From Nemertoderma westbladi (lineage: Eukaryota; Animalia; Xenacoelomorpha): 35,395 bases of DNA. This document shows positions 19,355 to 31,508 of the stretch, in pieces. The stretch is taken from NCBI GenBank assembly GCA_032718475.1, contig JAUCBJ010001527.1, forward strand, positions 1 through 35,395, given 5' to 3'. A program made the position numbers and the translations under genes. The notes below the pieces were generated by a model that searched no databases, was not told the origin of the DNA, and was given only the letters and a program-made list of their open reading frames with translations. How positions within the stretch are numbered: position 1 is the stretch's first letter; every line of letters starts with the position of its first letter.

Positions 19355-22300
19355 ATGACGGAGTTGATAGAAGATGATCTTGGTATTAGGGAGCGATATA
19401 CTCTACCTTTACAAGCATTTGTGGATAGCTTAATACGCGGTGAAGCCGATCCAACCATTACGGAGGACTATGGTCGTTATATCGAACCGCCGATGTCCCA
19501 AGAGCAACTTGCGCGTGAATTGGACTATCGAAAATTCACCACTCGCTATACGAATCTTAATGGTACGTATATGGACTTCTTAACTACCGGCCATCCTATC
19601 GATTTACATGATACGGACGATGTAGATACAGAAAGGGAAATGGTTCTATTTAAATATCATACCCAGCGGAGTCGTAACGATAAACCGAGAATAGATCACG
19701 AAAATTCTATTCGTAACAGACTGGAAAGAGAAAACGTTGAAGAACCGGATAAACGCATCGACTTCAACGACTACCTAGAATTTTTGAGAGAAACCTATCT
19801 CAACATCGCCAGTCAGCAGAACCTAGAGACTCGATATCCTCAAGGTATACATCATGACCCTATGGTAGAACTCAAACGGCTCTATTTCACTATGATGTAT
19901 CTTACCGCCGATCGTCCACTACCTGTTATCCCGGATAGTTTTGAACAAATGGAAGAATATTGCAAAACTGGAGAACGATCACCCGCGTTTCCTCTACAGG
20001 ACGTACGTCTTTGGTATTATTGTGACGAATGCCCTAGACCCAACCAACAAACTGAAAGACATAAACATCCGCGGAGACGTTGCGCTAAACACAGCTTTAC
20101 ACGTTATACTTACGGGAGTTTCGAGCGAAACCTGTTCGACGTATCACCCACGATCGCTCGTCTTAAACGATCACTAAATAAACCTATGATCAGAGTTCCG
20201 GAATACTCGGTCAGGCCTCCTCATTCCCTAGTGAGACCTCAAACTCTTGATCCTAACAGTATCACTGATCCTCCCGAACTATATTCCCTGTTCAAAGACT
20301 TAGTGTTACCCGAACAATTAATCGGTGGTGCTCCGGTAGTGGGTTCGTTAGACATTCGCCCATCCTACTTAGCCGGATTGGGACGCGGGCAGCTAATATC
20401 GCCATTTGATCCTTACAATCGTCCAGGATTAAACCCGATGCAACCCGCCACGGAAGTCGAGGAGAGCGTTATAAGAAACGCTTTAGACGCGATTCGACAG
20501 AAGATCGGAAAGGGAACACAAGATTGTTTAGAGAAACGTAAATTACAACAACAAGTCCAATCGGTGAAGGAGTTAGCCTTGCCACAGTTCGATAGAGAAA
20601 TCCAAAACCTCGAGGAGGACATCGAGCTTGGACGCACGTATTCTCTACAAGAGTTTTTAGATGAACGCTTACAGAGACAAGCGGAAGAAAATCTACTCAA
20701 GGAGAAACACCCGAAAATGGACGAGAGAGAAGAAGCCGCTTTAGCCCAACCTGAAGCTCAAATCCTTATGACAGATCTCTACTCTAAAACCGTCCGTCAT
20801 CCCTCGATGATTCCACATTTCGGAGACAAACTCTTCGCGACGATACAACCTCAACCGGTTGATATCAGTACAGGATCGCAAAATCTTATCGCTGACGCCC
20901 CTATGTTACAGCGTCCGCCAATCGAAGCCGCTCGTGTTGACGGTATACTCATTGAACCTCCGGACAATCGAGCGGATCTTGTCCGTCGTATGGTACACGA
21001 TGTCAACATACGCGCTAGACCTTTACAGAACTCGTTTTATGGGATTAAAGACCACCCTTATTACGTTAATCTGACTCAATATTATATGGTAAAACCAGAA
21101 AACCCGACGCATAATTTAAAGTTTCTACCACTAATAAATCCTCTAGACATTGTCGAACTCGAACAATTGCAGAAACATCTGGATCAGTTAGTAAAGGTAA
21201 ACTCATTTAGAAAACCATATAACATTTCTAGAATCGAGAAGGATATAGAACCTCCTTATAATCTCGATGGATTTATTAAAACTCGATTAGTCCATTGGAA
21301 TCTAGATGTATTATTTGAAGAAGAGAAAATACAAAGATATGGAAATGTGGAGACGTATACCACTCCGCACATGAAGTATAGTGATCTCCCTGACGCTAAC
21401 CAATGCGCCACCTTGTGGCATCCAGTAGGGATGACCCTAGAGAACGCCACCAAGGAGTGGAATGAAACTCTAATGTTATTGAGATGTATGGAGTTGTCAC
21501 CTACGATAATGAAGGTAGCGTTCCGGTCGGAGAACTAGGAACTACGCGCATGATCCACATACGCGGATTAGCTGGTTCTACCCACGTGTTTACTCGAGCG
21601 TGTTCCGACGTGATTGATTATTCCTTTGAAACTCTCACCGAAACACAAAAGAATCTCCGACATGGACAATTCGAACTCGCGCAGCGTTACGTCATTGACA
21701 CCGAACGCAAACCGGCCATGGGTATCGATGGATCGATGTTACCCCAGCCCGTACTCGAGATGTTGTTCAACGAAAGAATCCTTAAAATCGGCTCAGCTGT
21801 TTATGGAGATCTCCAAAACGACTTTCGGAATATGGAGAACATTCCATACCCTTTCGTTGATACTCAGCTGATTGCTCCCTGGGCAGAAGGTCGAGGTTTC
21901 TTCCGCACCATGTATGCTAATACGTCTAGCAACATTACAAAGGTGCAACGAACTTCCATCGGACATCTTGCCTTTCTGGAATACGGATGGAATTTCAAAG
22001 TCGGAAATCCCATCAACTATCAACAAGTATACGGAGACCATTATTCTCGATTATACTTTGATGGACCATTGACCGCACCTGGCGCCGTGTATAGCTTCAT
22101 GAGTGTTCCACTCCGTCCCTCCTTAGCTATCTACACGATCTTTGAAAACACCGCACTTGCCGGTTGGCTAGCCGATGTGTGCAGTCGTACTATACGCGCC
22201 CATCCATTAATACTTGGGACCAAACTCGCTAAGCTAGATGAACATAATAAATTCATACGCTTCGAATGTTTTCGGCGATTTTTAACCACTGGATAGCCAA

Positions 22301-23596
22301 TTTAAAGACCGCGCTTTGACCAAGCTCAGCCTAAGAAACTCAGCTGCAGAGAAGTTGGATAGCGCTGGATTTGCCATTTTCAAAGAGATTTGTATATCGA
22401 ACTTGCACTCCTCTGTTATACAAAGACCTCGAATCCCCACAGGTTATTCTGTCGTGGAAATTCAGACAATAGGTCCACTTGAAGAGACAGACACGCCCAC
22501 CTCAGCTATGCATTGGGAAGACGAACCAATATGCCTAGAATCTGAGGAGATTCAACCTATCGCGCCCCGGAACAGCGACAACGATTATATCCTAGAATGG
22601 TATCAAGGTCCACAGTGTCTCACTGCGTACGATTATCGACATGCCAACTATGTTTCTCGGCAACGTTGTCGGTTATGCGCATCGAGAGACCATGTTACGC
22701 CCATGGACACAAACGTCCGCTGTTCCTATTTCCAAGAACAACCGACAATGGAAATTTATTGCGCATATTGCAGACTCAATAACTTGCATATTTTTGCGGT
22801 TTGCCCTCAATTTATGACTCAATGTCACCATTGTCAACTAAAGGGACACGCCAGTTTCGATTGCCCTTTTAATCACGATTTGGAAAGCGTAGATGAAATG
22901 ATCACACTACGTTACATCAGAGCTTGGGAAGCGAACGCTGATTTACATTGTGATTCGCGCCATCGCTATTATCCTGGACGCGCTTACGAAGGAGTTTATG
23001 CGTTCCATCCTTATCTATTCGCTTCGGTCGAACAGAAATCACGCATATCGAGTTACGAACTACTGAAGCGCGTCGGAGAATGTATTTCAACCAAATTCAT
23101 ACGCAAATTTCTCAGGAGTGTTAATCCTAGCGACCTTCATTCCTATAACTTAATCAATTATATCCGTCAGGATCTGGACTATGGAGACTTATTTGTTAAC
23201 TCACACCCCGAGTTACAGGAAGTATATCGACGGCCTTACGAATACCGAGCCCGCGAACGCGAGTTGGAAAGAACCATTAAACCCAGGAGGTTTCTGACTG
23301 CCTATGGTCCACCCACGGCTCTCGTTCAGACCACTCGTAAAGGACCCGTAAGAGCGGCTGTCATAAAACGCGCTCTCAAGGCCGTTAGACCCCTCTCCCC
23401 CGACGTTGATGTCAATCAACCCGGTACTTCGACTGGCGGATACACCGACCATAATCCTACACCCTCTGATGCAATCATATTGCACCCTTCACCCAGGAGT
23501 TATAGCCCTCCTTGTAAAGTGGCTCGCCCCAAAGAGAAAAGGACTCTGGCCAGCTTTAAAAAACTGCGTAAACGCTGTCCGCGCAAGAAAGACTAA
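19355..23596 (+). pseudogene. ~1400-aa extra ORF split by two frameshifts (~21471, ~22284): unknown N-terminal region, DEDDy 3'-5' exonuclease domain, three CCHC-like knuckles, basic tail
   Basis: Three abutting intronless ORFs (727, 270 and 426 aa). Exonuclease motifs VVTYDNEG, LPQPVLEMLFNERILKIGSAVYGDL, FVDTQ, SIGHLA, PLRPSLAIYTIFE. Knuckles CRLCASRDH..C, CAYCRLNNLHIFAVC, CHHCQLKGHASFDC. Confidence 0.75.
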
Positions 23597-23666
23597 CTGT
23601 TTAGAGTATTTACGTATATTAGAAACTGTGATTTTTGTATATTTATAGACTTGAATCCCATTTTCT

Positions 23667-24924
23667 GGGAGCGGTGTAAAAGCTTTTGCGGATATAATCA
23701 GTCCCCCTGCCCGCAAAGTACCGTTGTAGGTGTTTTAACGGACATAAAAGTCATTCTTCTATATGTGTGCTTTGGCGGACATGGTAAGGCACAAAACCCG
23801 CAATGCGTCAAATTCTCTAGCACAGTGTAGCCTTGATGATTCAGATTACGACATCTAACAGCTGGTTGCTGGCATGGAAACAGCCGTTGGACACATGGTT
23901 CTTTGTTTCAGCTTAACAGCCAATCAGAGCGATTTTTACTGTCGATGTGGAGATATTCTACAGATCGTGCTAGGCGTGTTCAGTCTTACTGTTTTTCTTG
24001 ATACTGTTGTGTTGTTTCTATCTAGGCCAAGTACACCGGCTCTAGAGTCAATTCGTTTCAGACTTTAGAAGAAACATTAGTAGGCTTAGATTATAGAACG
24101 TATAACTGTTATCAACCTTAACAACTCAATCAACCCGATCAACACGGCTCAATCGGCACAACTCAGTCTTATCAGCGCAGTAGCGCAGCGGTACAATCTT
24201 ATATTGTTATAATCTTACCCTACCGTCTTAATGCTTTTTACTGTTGTTATTATTTGTATCAGTTGGTTGAATATTATTATTTGGAGAACATCTATAAAGA
24301 ACCCAAATTTCCCAATTTTCTTGATACACTACAGGTTAGAGAGACAGGTTACATATAGCGATTGCGACTTATATTATTGTGGTTTGTAGTGAATTTAATG
24401 CTATTTGATAAGCACTACATGAGTCAATTGCTGTTCTCTTTATGTATGATAAAATTCATTGACGGTCGGCAGATTAGTGTGCTGTATTGTGCGTTACTGG
24501 TAGTGTGCATGATTGTAGCTGATAACTAAGCATTTCCTAAAGAATGCGCCTCATACTTGAATCATAAGCCTTACCGTCTTACAGTTGTGTTTAGTATAAG
24601 TCATATCTCTGTTTACCTAGATAGAGCGCCACGTCCTAAAGGAACTGTTAATATTTCCCGAAAGTGAATAATATTGGTCAGAAATTATTTATTAATGATC
24701 AATCGAATAATACAGTAAGCTTACACTGCAATAACAATCTAAGCCCTCCGAATCCAGTCTCCCGGGTATATCCAGCGGGTGAATGGACGCGCACTAGGCT
24801 GGCTTCGGCTAATGTTGTGTTTATTGGTATTAAATACTTGTCATATGCTAAAGTCTATTTATAAACCAAAAGACATATAAATTTTGGCAGGTTAAACTGC
24901 TAAAGGTCTTCAAAAGCGCGTACA
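23667..24924 (+). repeat. Candidate PPT and 3' LTR of the BEL element
   Basis: GGGAGCGG|TGTA at 23667-23678, ATTAAA near 24829, TACA at 24921-24924, then a composition change. No second copy is in the window to confirm it. Confidence 0.35.
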
Positions 24925-26699
24925 TCTATAATGTCTTTGTCAGACATTAAATAAATGATAACTGTTGATGTTAAAAAAACGTTATTTTAATGTGAGAACA
25001 TAAACATTAGTCAAAAATGTTTTATAAGTGTTTAGTTCTAACATTTTAAGAACATGATTTGTTACATATCAGAACAATGTTATTTTGTCACATAAAATAA
25101 ACATTATGCGATATTATCTATCTATTTTCTATTATCTAATCTGAGATTGATGATTGGCTAATTTTAAAATTCGCGGTAATGGAGGAATTTTCCACATGTA
25201 ATTGGTATACAGTAGGCCGATGGTATGTTGTACAATACTCATTCTGGCTGTCTGGCATGCCTGTATTCAATGTTTATTGTGTATATGTATTGTTATACTG
25301 CTGTACTGCAAGGCCTATCTCTATATTACTGTAGTGTAGTTCTGTAGTTACTGCAGGCCTACTGCACTGTACAGTAGCTTATATTTTTGGTTTTATAGTT
25401 TTCATTGGTTTTGTGATTTATTTAACCTGAACTCATAAATAAAACATATCTACCTGAATGCGAGTTCGCCTTTACCCTCTGGATTCACAAATTACTGCAT
25501 TAGACCTACCAATTACAGAATTCAAGTCTGCCAGGACCAGGAAGTCCCCTTAAACCAGCACTGACAGGCGGAGGATTGACTTATTTGTCTGTACTGCTGT
25601 ACTGATGGTGGATTTCAACAGCCGAGGACTAAAGATTGGAATTCTTATTATTGGGAGGTCCCCAGTTTTCAGTTGAAGGGGCAGGGCACAGGGACAGCAT
25701 TACTACAAAACTTTCGATTCGATTTCGATTTGAAAACTTCACATTAACTGTTATTACAAACTATTTATTGTTTCAGTTTTTAGATTGTACTTTTGTAGCG
25801 CCTAGGCCTATTGATTTATTTTTACAGTTTAATAAATTAAGCTCACTCAGCTATAATTATAATTAACATTTAATTTTTTAAATATGATTTGTTCAGATAG
25901 GGAGGATTTGCGATGCAATCAAAATCATCCCTCTCCAGGGAGATATCGATTCAAATAAGTACTGATTACTCTCCCAGAAATACATCTGTAACCTGTTTTT
26001 TTTTGTTTACCCGTAGGATACCCGTAGGATATAATAATAATGTGCCTCTGTAGCCAACTGCCAACTGTAACCTGCTCCTTTTAATAATTTAACATTGTTG
26101 TGAGGTATTATTTATTAAACCCACTATATGTACATTATTTTATATAGACTACAAATTAGATCTATAAATCTAGGGAATAATATTAACTCAAAGTATTTTA
26201 ATTGATGCAATTCATTACGTTGTTGTCACTTATTATTACGTCATAAACATATTCTTTTTAAGTCTGTGATTAACTTTAACCGAAATATCAAAACCATTTA
26301 CGTAATGGGCCATACAGCCATATATTTGTTGTTTACTTATTCTGTGATATTTTACTTTGATTTTGCTGTTTATTTCATTATTTGTTCCTGACTGGTCATT
26401 ATACAAAAAATTCAATTCATGTTATACGTTTTAATTGTTATTAATTTGTATACAATTGCCTACAACAAAATTGTATTCAATCAAACTGTGTTAGAGATTG
26501 TAGCCTGCCATTACCATATCAACATGCGTAGGGAAATTATTAATTAATTATTCAATAAAGGGTTTGGCAATTATAAAGAACGATATAAAGAACGGCAATG
26601 GAGGGGGATTATTAGTTTGAGCGAACCAACCATAAAACATGAGAGAAGGGCTGTTACGATGTTAGGATGAAGGATGTTACGTTTTTAGCAAACAATATT

Positions 26700-27005
26700 T
26701 TTATGTTAAGAAATAACATAAAAGTAACGATCTAAATAAACATTATGCCGTTGTTATTTTAATGTCAATAAAAATACAATAATAATGATAAGGAATAACA
26801 TAAAAGTAATGATATATGTAAACATCCTGGCTTTGTTATTTTAATGTTATTAAAAATGAAATAATAACGTTAGTATATAACGTCATATTTCTTGGCCAAT
26901 TTACAGTTTTTTTTATCATTAATCTAACAATTTGAAATAATGTTATCTATGTCATTAAATAACATTTTAATAACAGCTTTTGAACAATACATTGTTTGCA
27001 GGGAT
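26700..27005. repeat. ~83-bp tandem duplication and a probable end of a non-autonomous DNA element
   Basis: AATAACATAAAAGTAA...TTGTTATTTTAATGT occurs twice (~26711, ~26794); the segment ends TGTTTGCAGGGAT. Confidence 0.55.
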
Positions 27006-27239
27006 ACAATATATTGTTATGTCTATTACAAGGCTAAATATACTACTAATACTAATAACGCACTAATATACTAATACAAGAAGCACACTAAATATATGTA
27101 GATCAATGACACAATAGTTAATATAATAAACAATCAAATAAATATACATTGATAAATATGTATGTAAGCTAAATGAGCATTCAGGGGTCAACATAAAGAG
27201 AGCAGATATATATAAGTTACAATGTGTCAAACCAGACTA

Positions 27240-29340
27240 TTTAATTTTTGTGATTTTCGTGCATTCAAAAGTTTGTTAATGAATTTAGGACAACCTGGTT
27301 CATCCATTAAGGAGCTTAGTGATACGTCATGGGGATTTTGCCCCAAGAATGCACCTCTGATATTATGTTATGATATTTTAGTTATGATATTATGTTATTA
27401 TACATGTCGCATTGTAACATAAAGTGATGTTCATCCTCGATACCGCCCCCACATAAGCATAGTCGTTCACTGCGAGGTATACGGGTGTACCTGCCTTGCT
27501 CGATGGCGAGGCAATGTGAGGATGTGCGAAGGCGGGTAAATGCATGAATATCCGACTGGCTGTATATTGAGTCATAGGCTTTTGGGCGTTTAAGGTCAGG
27601 GTTTATTTGTAAATATGTTACATATTTTGATCGCCCCGATTCGGCTTTGAGGCAGATTTTCTGGCGAATTAAATTCAATGCATCACCAATAATGGATTCC
27701 GGATTCAAATGCGAGAATGAGAGAGGTATTTGCTGAGGCCTGAAACTTTCGTTTCACTATTGAAAATCGCTTCGTACAATGGGCTATCTGTTCCGTCCTT
27801 TGAAATCTTCTTCATGAAGTTAATTGTGCGCTTTTCAACTTTATATTTGAGAGGTGGGCGACCCAGCTCTATATACAGAAATTCAGTTGGTGTACTTGAT
27901 TTGACACCAAGAATACATTTTACCAGCTTCCTATATTTGATTTCGAGTGGGTCTAACCAAACACTTCCCCATGCTTCAGTTATATAGGACACCGTTCAGC
28001 AAGCATGCATCAAGGACGGATTCCTTGATGCGAATCTGTGCTTCTGGGTTCTCACGCAGAAAGGCGTAGAATTTTATGAAATGTTTGTTCGATCGTTTAA
28101 TATCTTCCATAAACATTCCCTTCAGATTACCACATGATGATATTGACGATCCTAGATATATTTCCATTTGGGAGAAATTAACCGTTTTGTTATTATGCAA
28201 AACAATTGGTTCCCTTTCATCTTCATTGGCATTAGCTGCAATTAAATGGCATTTCTTGGCATTCAGCATAAGATAATTTTCAATAAAATGGTTCTCCAGA
28301 GCTAATATTTTCTTAACTATTAGACGTCGCAAGTTTGCCAGGAGAACAGCGTGTAGTAGGATGTGGGTACTTCCAATAATCTTTTCTGCTGGGTAGGATC
28401 TAAACAAGCCAATGAGTCCAAAAGTGTAAATGACAAACAGGGTAGGGCTGGAAGGTGATCCTTGTCGAATGCCACATATGATCTTGATAGAATCTGAGTA
28501 CTCACCATTCAATTCAATTATAGCCGAGGTGTAATGGTAGACTGCCATTACTGCTAGGAGGAAGGTAGCTCCACACCCAATGGATCCTAGACGAATGAAC
28601 AACTTGCGGCGACTAATTTTATCAAACGCAGCAGTAAAGTCTGCCAGGATAATTAATATTTTAAACCTTTTTGTTCCTTTAATAATCAAGAAAGATTTTT
28701 ATAGTTGCCACATTGAAAAGACAGCTTCGACCCTTTTTGAAAGCAGTCTGAGTACTTGGCACTTTTAACAACTTGGAAAGTCGACAATTTAAAATCATGT
28801 CATAGAGTTTGAAGATGACAGGGAGCAATGTAATTCCATGAACAAAGCTGGGCAGAGCTAGTCTTCCTTTCTTCGATAAAGCAATTAGAAAACCGAACCA
28901 GATCCTAGGAAAAGAACCAATGCCACATTTGAACAGCATATTAAACAGGACAAGTAGGAATGGTAAGAGTATGTGTAGACAATCACGTAGAGTTTTGGCT
29001 GAGATGCCATCAGCCGTGCTGCTACCAATGTTGAGGCTATCACACGCGATATCTATCTCTTCTGTGGTGATATCAGCGCCAAGAAATTCATCATTTGTTT
29101 TAGAGCTGGTTAGTATATCCATAAATTCGCATTCACTTTCATCAATTGTATTCAAAGCTTCAAAATGTTCAGCTAAATCATTTACTGTGAGGTCAGAAAC
29201 ATCAACAGAGGATTGAGCACAACATTTCCCATTGAAGTAATCTTGTTCCAGATCTCACGCTTATCCGGAGACATCAAACATTCTTTCCAGGATTGCAAAT
29301 CCTGTGAGGAGACACAGCGTAGATAATTTGAAGAGGAACT
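27240..29340 (-). mobile_element. Decayed, 5'-truncated non-LTR retrotransposon (RTEX/Proto2-like ORF2: RT plus C-terminal CCHC)
   Basis: Four frameshifted pieces: QTAFKKGRSC, LADFTAAFDKI, GIRQGSPSSPTLF, HILLHA--VLLA (DD missing), YLGS, RLRTSSHCLAIEQGRY...RLCLC..EDEHHFMLQC. The clade call is tentative. Confidence 0.85.
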
Positions 29341-29856
29341 GCAAGGACCTTAAGCTGAAACGTTCTGGTTGGCAGAGGTATTATCTATGAATATCCAACT
29401 CCTCTAAATCCTACTCTCCAAACTATCTAACATATGTACAATGAAAGCAGGGAGCAAGGGTAGTAGGCCTACTATAGTAACAATAAAAGTACCCCTTTTA
29501 ATTTACATTATTAACCGCTCAGGCAATGGGCGAGCGGTAAATAAGATTTACAGTATTGACCTAGGTAAATGAGCATTTCTCTTCAATCAGTCAACTTGGT
29601 GCTGTAATAAATACTATTCTGGGGTATTTTATTTATTTAAATGAGTAGCTACGACTAGTAAAATGATAAAGTAATTAATAATCTTCAATTAAACTAATAT
29701 GTTCCAGAATATTGTGTATTTATTCAATATAATAAATGGCCTGCCCTGCAGGCTATGTAACGGCCACTTTTTATTGACAGATGGGATGCCATGAGGAGGT
29801 AAATTGCGGACATACAAAGGTATCAGATAGTATTTTCAGGTCTAACGTTTACCTTA

Positions 29857-29960
29857 GTCACTAGCTGAATGGCTAGAGGGTCTTCCAACCCGGAGGTCAC
29901 CAGTTCGATCCCATCTGGTCGTCATTGCCGTCGTTGCAAAACTGTGCCTGTGCCCAACAA
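29857..29960 (+). mobile_element. tRNA-derived SINE head
   Basis: A-box-like TAGCTGAATGG (29862-29872) and B-box GTTCGATCC (29903-29911) at tRNA spacing, but no clean cloverleaf. Confidence 0.5.
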
Positions 29961-30610
29961 AAGTTACAATAATATGCAACCACTCATTCCTGCATTCACC
30001 CAAAACACCAATAATAAATTATAAAATTACCTACTGTATCTCATACAACATTCTGTTTGTTTGTTTGATCATTCCAAATTGAGTTTGTTTTAATTCCGAA
30101 TTTCCCGCTGGAGACAATTAAAATATAGATATTATTATCTGATCGTCTCGGCAAATGAACAATCTTGATTTATTACCAATTAAGGGAAAGGAACGTTAAT
30201 GACACGCTGTTGTAACGAGTAATTATTTGAATCATTCAATATAGGTCCGGGCCGGGCCTATCCGGAAAAAAAAACGAGAACAATAAACAAAAGTCAGTAG
30301 AGGGACTGGGGGTCATTCTTCGCGTCAGAAGCGGGTAAAAATCCCAAAAGTGGGTAAAAAACGTAAGGCAATTGGACAATATTGGGGTTAAACGGGGCTA
30401 GAACATGATGATACTCATTAGTCGTTTAGGCCCACTTCATGGTACTCAGTGGTACACAGTGTATTGAATAAAGAGCAGGGTAGTGAGTGGAGCTCAGAAC
30501 ATTCTAAGATGTGATTGGTGGTTTAGCCCCAGGCATTTCTAAATACAGTAGGAAACACAATTGGTCATTTGTCCCCAGTGAAGGAAACGTGCCTGGTTAA
30601 TTCCTGTGAA

Positions 30611-31508
30611 CAGGGCCGGACGTCCAGTGAATCCCCCCCCCCCCCCCCCCCCCCCCCTTGCGCGGAATGTCCCCCACCCCCTCTCTATGGACTTACAGTA
30701 TAATAATACTGTACTGTAGTAGGCCTAGCGTACCATGCAGCACTTTAACTTGGATTTATTGGTTTATATTTTTGGTTAGGGTTACAGTAGTTGGTTAGGC
30801 TCAAACCCTACGTAAATCTGTCATGTAACCCTATGACATGAGGATCTAATCTAAGAAATTTTGTGGAATTTTGAATTTTGGACCCTGGAATGTCCGAAAT
30901 TCCACAAAATGTCTTAGATTAGAGCCTCATGACTTATGGGTTAGGGTTACCCCTACATGACAATTTTACTTTGGGTTTTGGGCCAGCCGCCATATTCACT
31001 TTAAATTAGAGTTTCGGACCGTCTCTCTCGAAATCTGGGGTGAAAATGCTCTGCGGGGCATATGTCGCTAGGCGAAAATTCCCGGGGAGGCATTCCGAGT
31101 GGGGGTTATTTACACCGAGTTAACCATATTGAGGCCCCTAGACTATTCTCTGCTGTAGACTCCCGCCCCTAGGTAGTTCTCAAATTTTGACGAAAATTGC
31201 TAAGTTTCTTCGGGATTACGTATTGCATTTTTTAGGCTTTGATTACAATTCTCACCATAATTGTATTACTGTATAAAATGGTTTGGCCAGAAGGTTACAA
31301 CAGGATGCAAACGCCATCAAAGCGAGTGAAAATTAAAAAATTTTATTTAAACTTTTTAGATACAAAACGAAAGTTTGGTGCCGGGTGGGGCCTTTTAAGG
31401 CAAAATTTCTCATCCACTCATCGGTTATTTTAAAATTTGGTGTCGCCTTAAGCCAGGGCCCCTAGGATGAAGCCTTTAAGCCTACTTGTAGGCATTAAAA
31501 CGGCCCAG
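30611..31508. mobile_element. Non-autonomous hAT-type element
   Basis: Termini CAGGGCCG / CGGCCCAG (1 mismatch) flanked by the 8-bp direct repeat CCTGTGAA (30603-30610 and 31509-31516). Confidence 0.8.
30793..30988. repeat. ~200-bp palindrome nested in the hAT element
   Basis: CATGAGGATCTAATCTAAGAAATTTTGTGGAATTT / AAATTCCACAAAATGTCTTAGATTAGAGCCTCATG, plus degenerate outer arms. Confidence 0.85.

Larger units (their letters stand above)
11551..24924 (+). mobile_element. Degenerate BEL/Pao LTR retrotransposon, probably including the downstream extra ORF; boundaries tentative, no 5' LTR found
   Basis: BEL-type gag-pol at 11903-17732; co-oriented intronless ORF at 19355-23596; purine tract GGGAGCGG followed by TGTA at 23667-23678. 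The family is well supported; the extent is inferred. Confidence 0.6.

Noticed and set aside
21460-22300. Programmed frameshifts joining the three cargo ORFs
   Set aside because: No canonical in-frame slippery heptamer; the shifts go in opposite directions and the element has other decay lesions.
19355-23596. Extra ORF as a retroviral-type env
   Set aside because: No signal peptide, fusion peptide or transmembrane anchor; the motifs point to an exonuclease instead.
29857-29930. Functional tRNA gene
   Set aside because: A and B boxes are present, but there is no convincing acceptor or anticodon stem and no T-run terminator.
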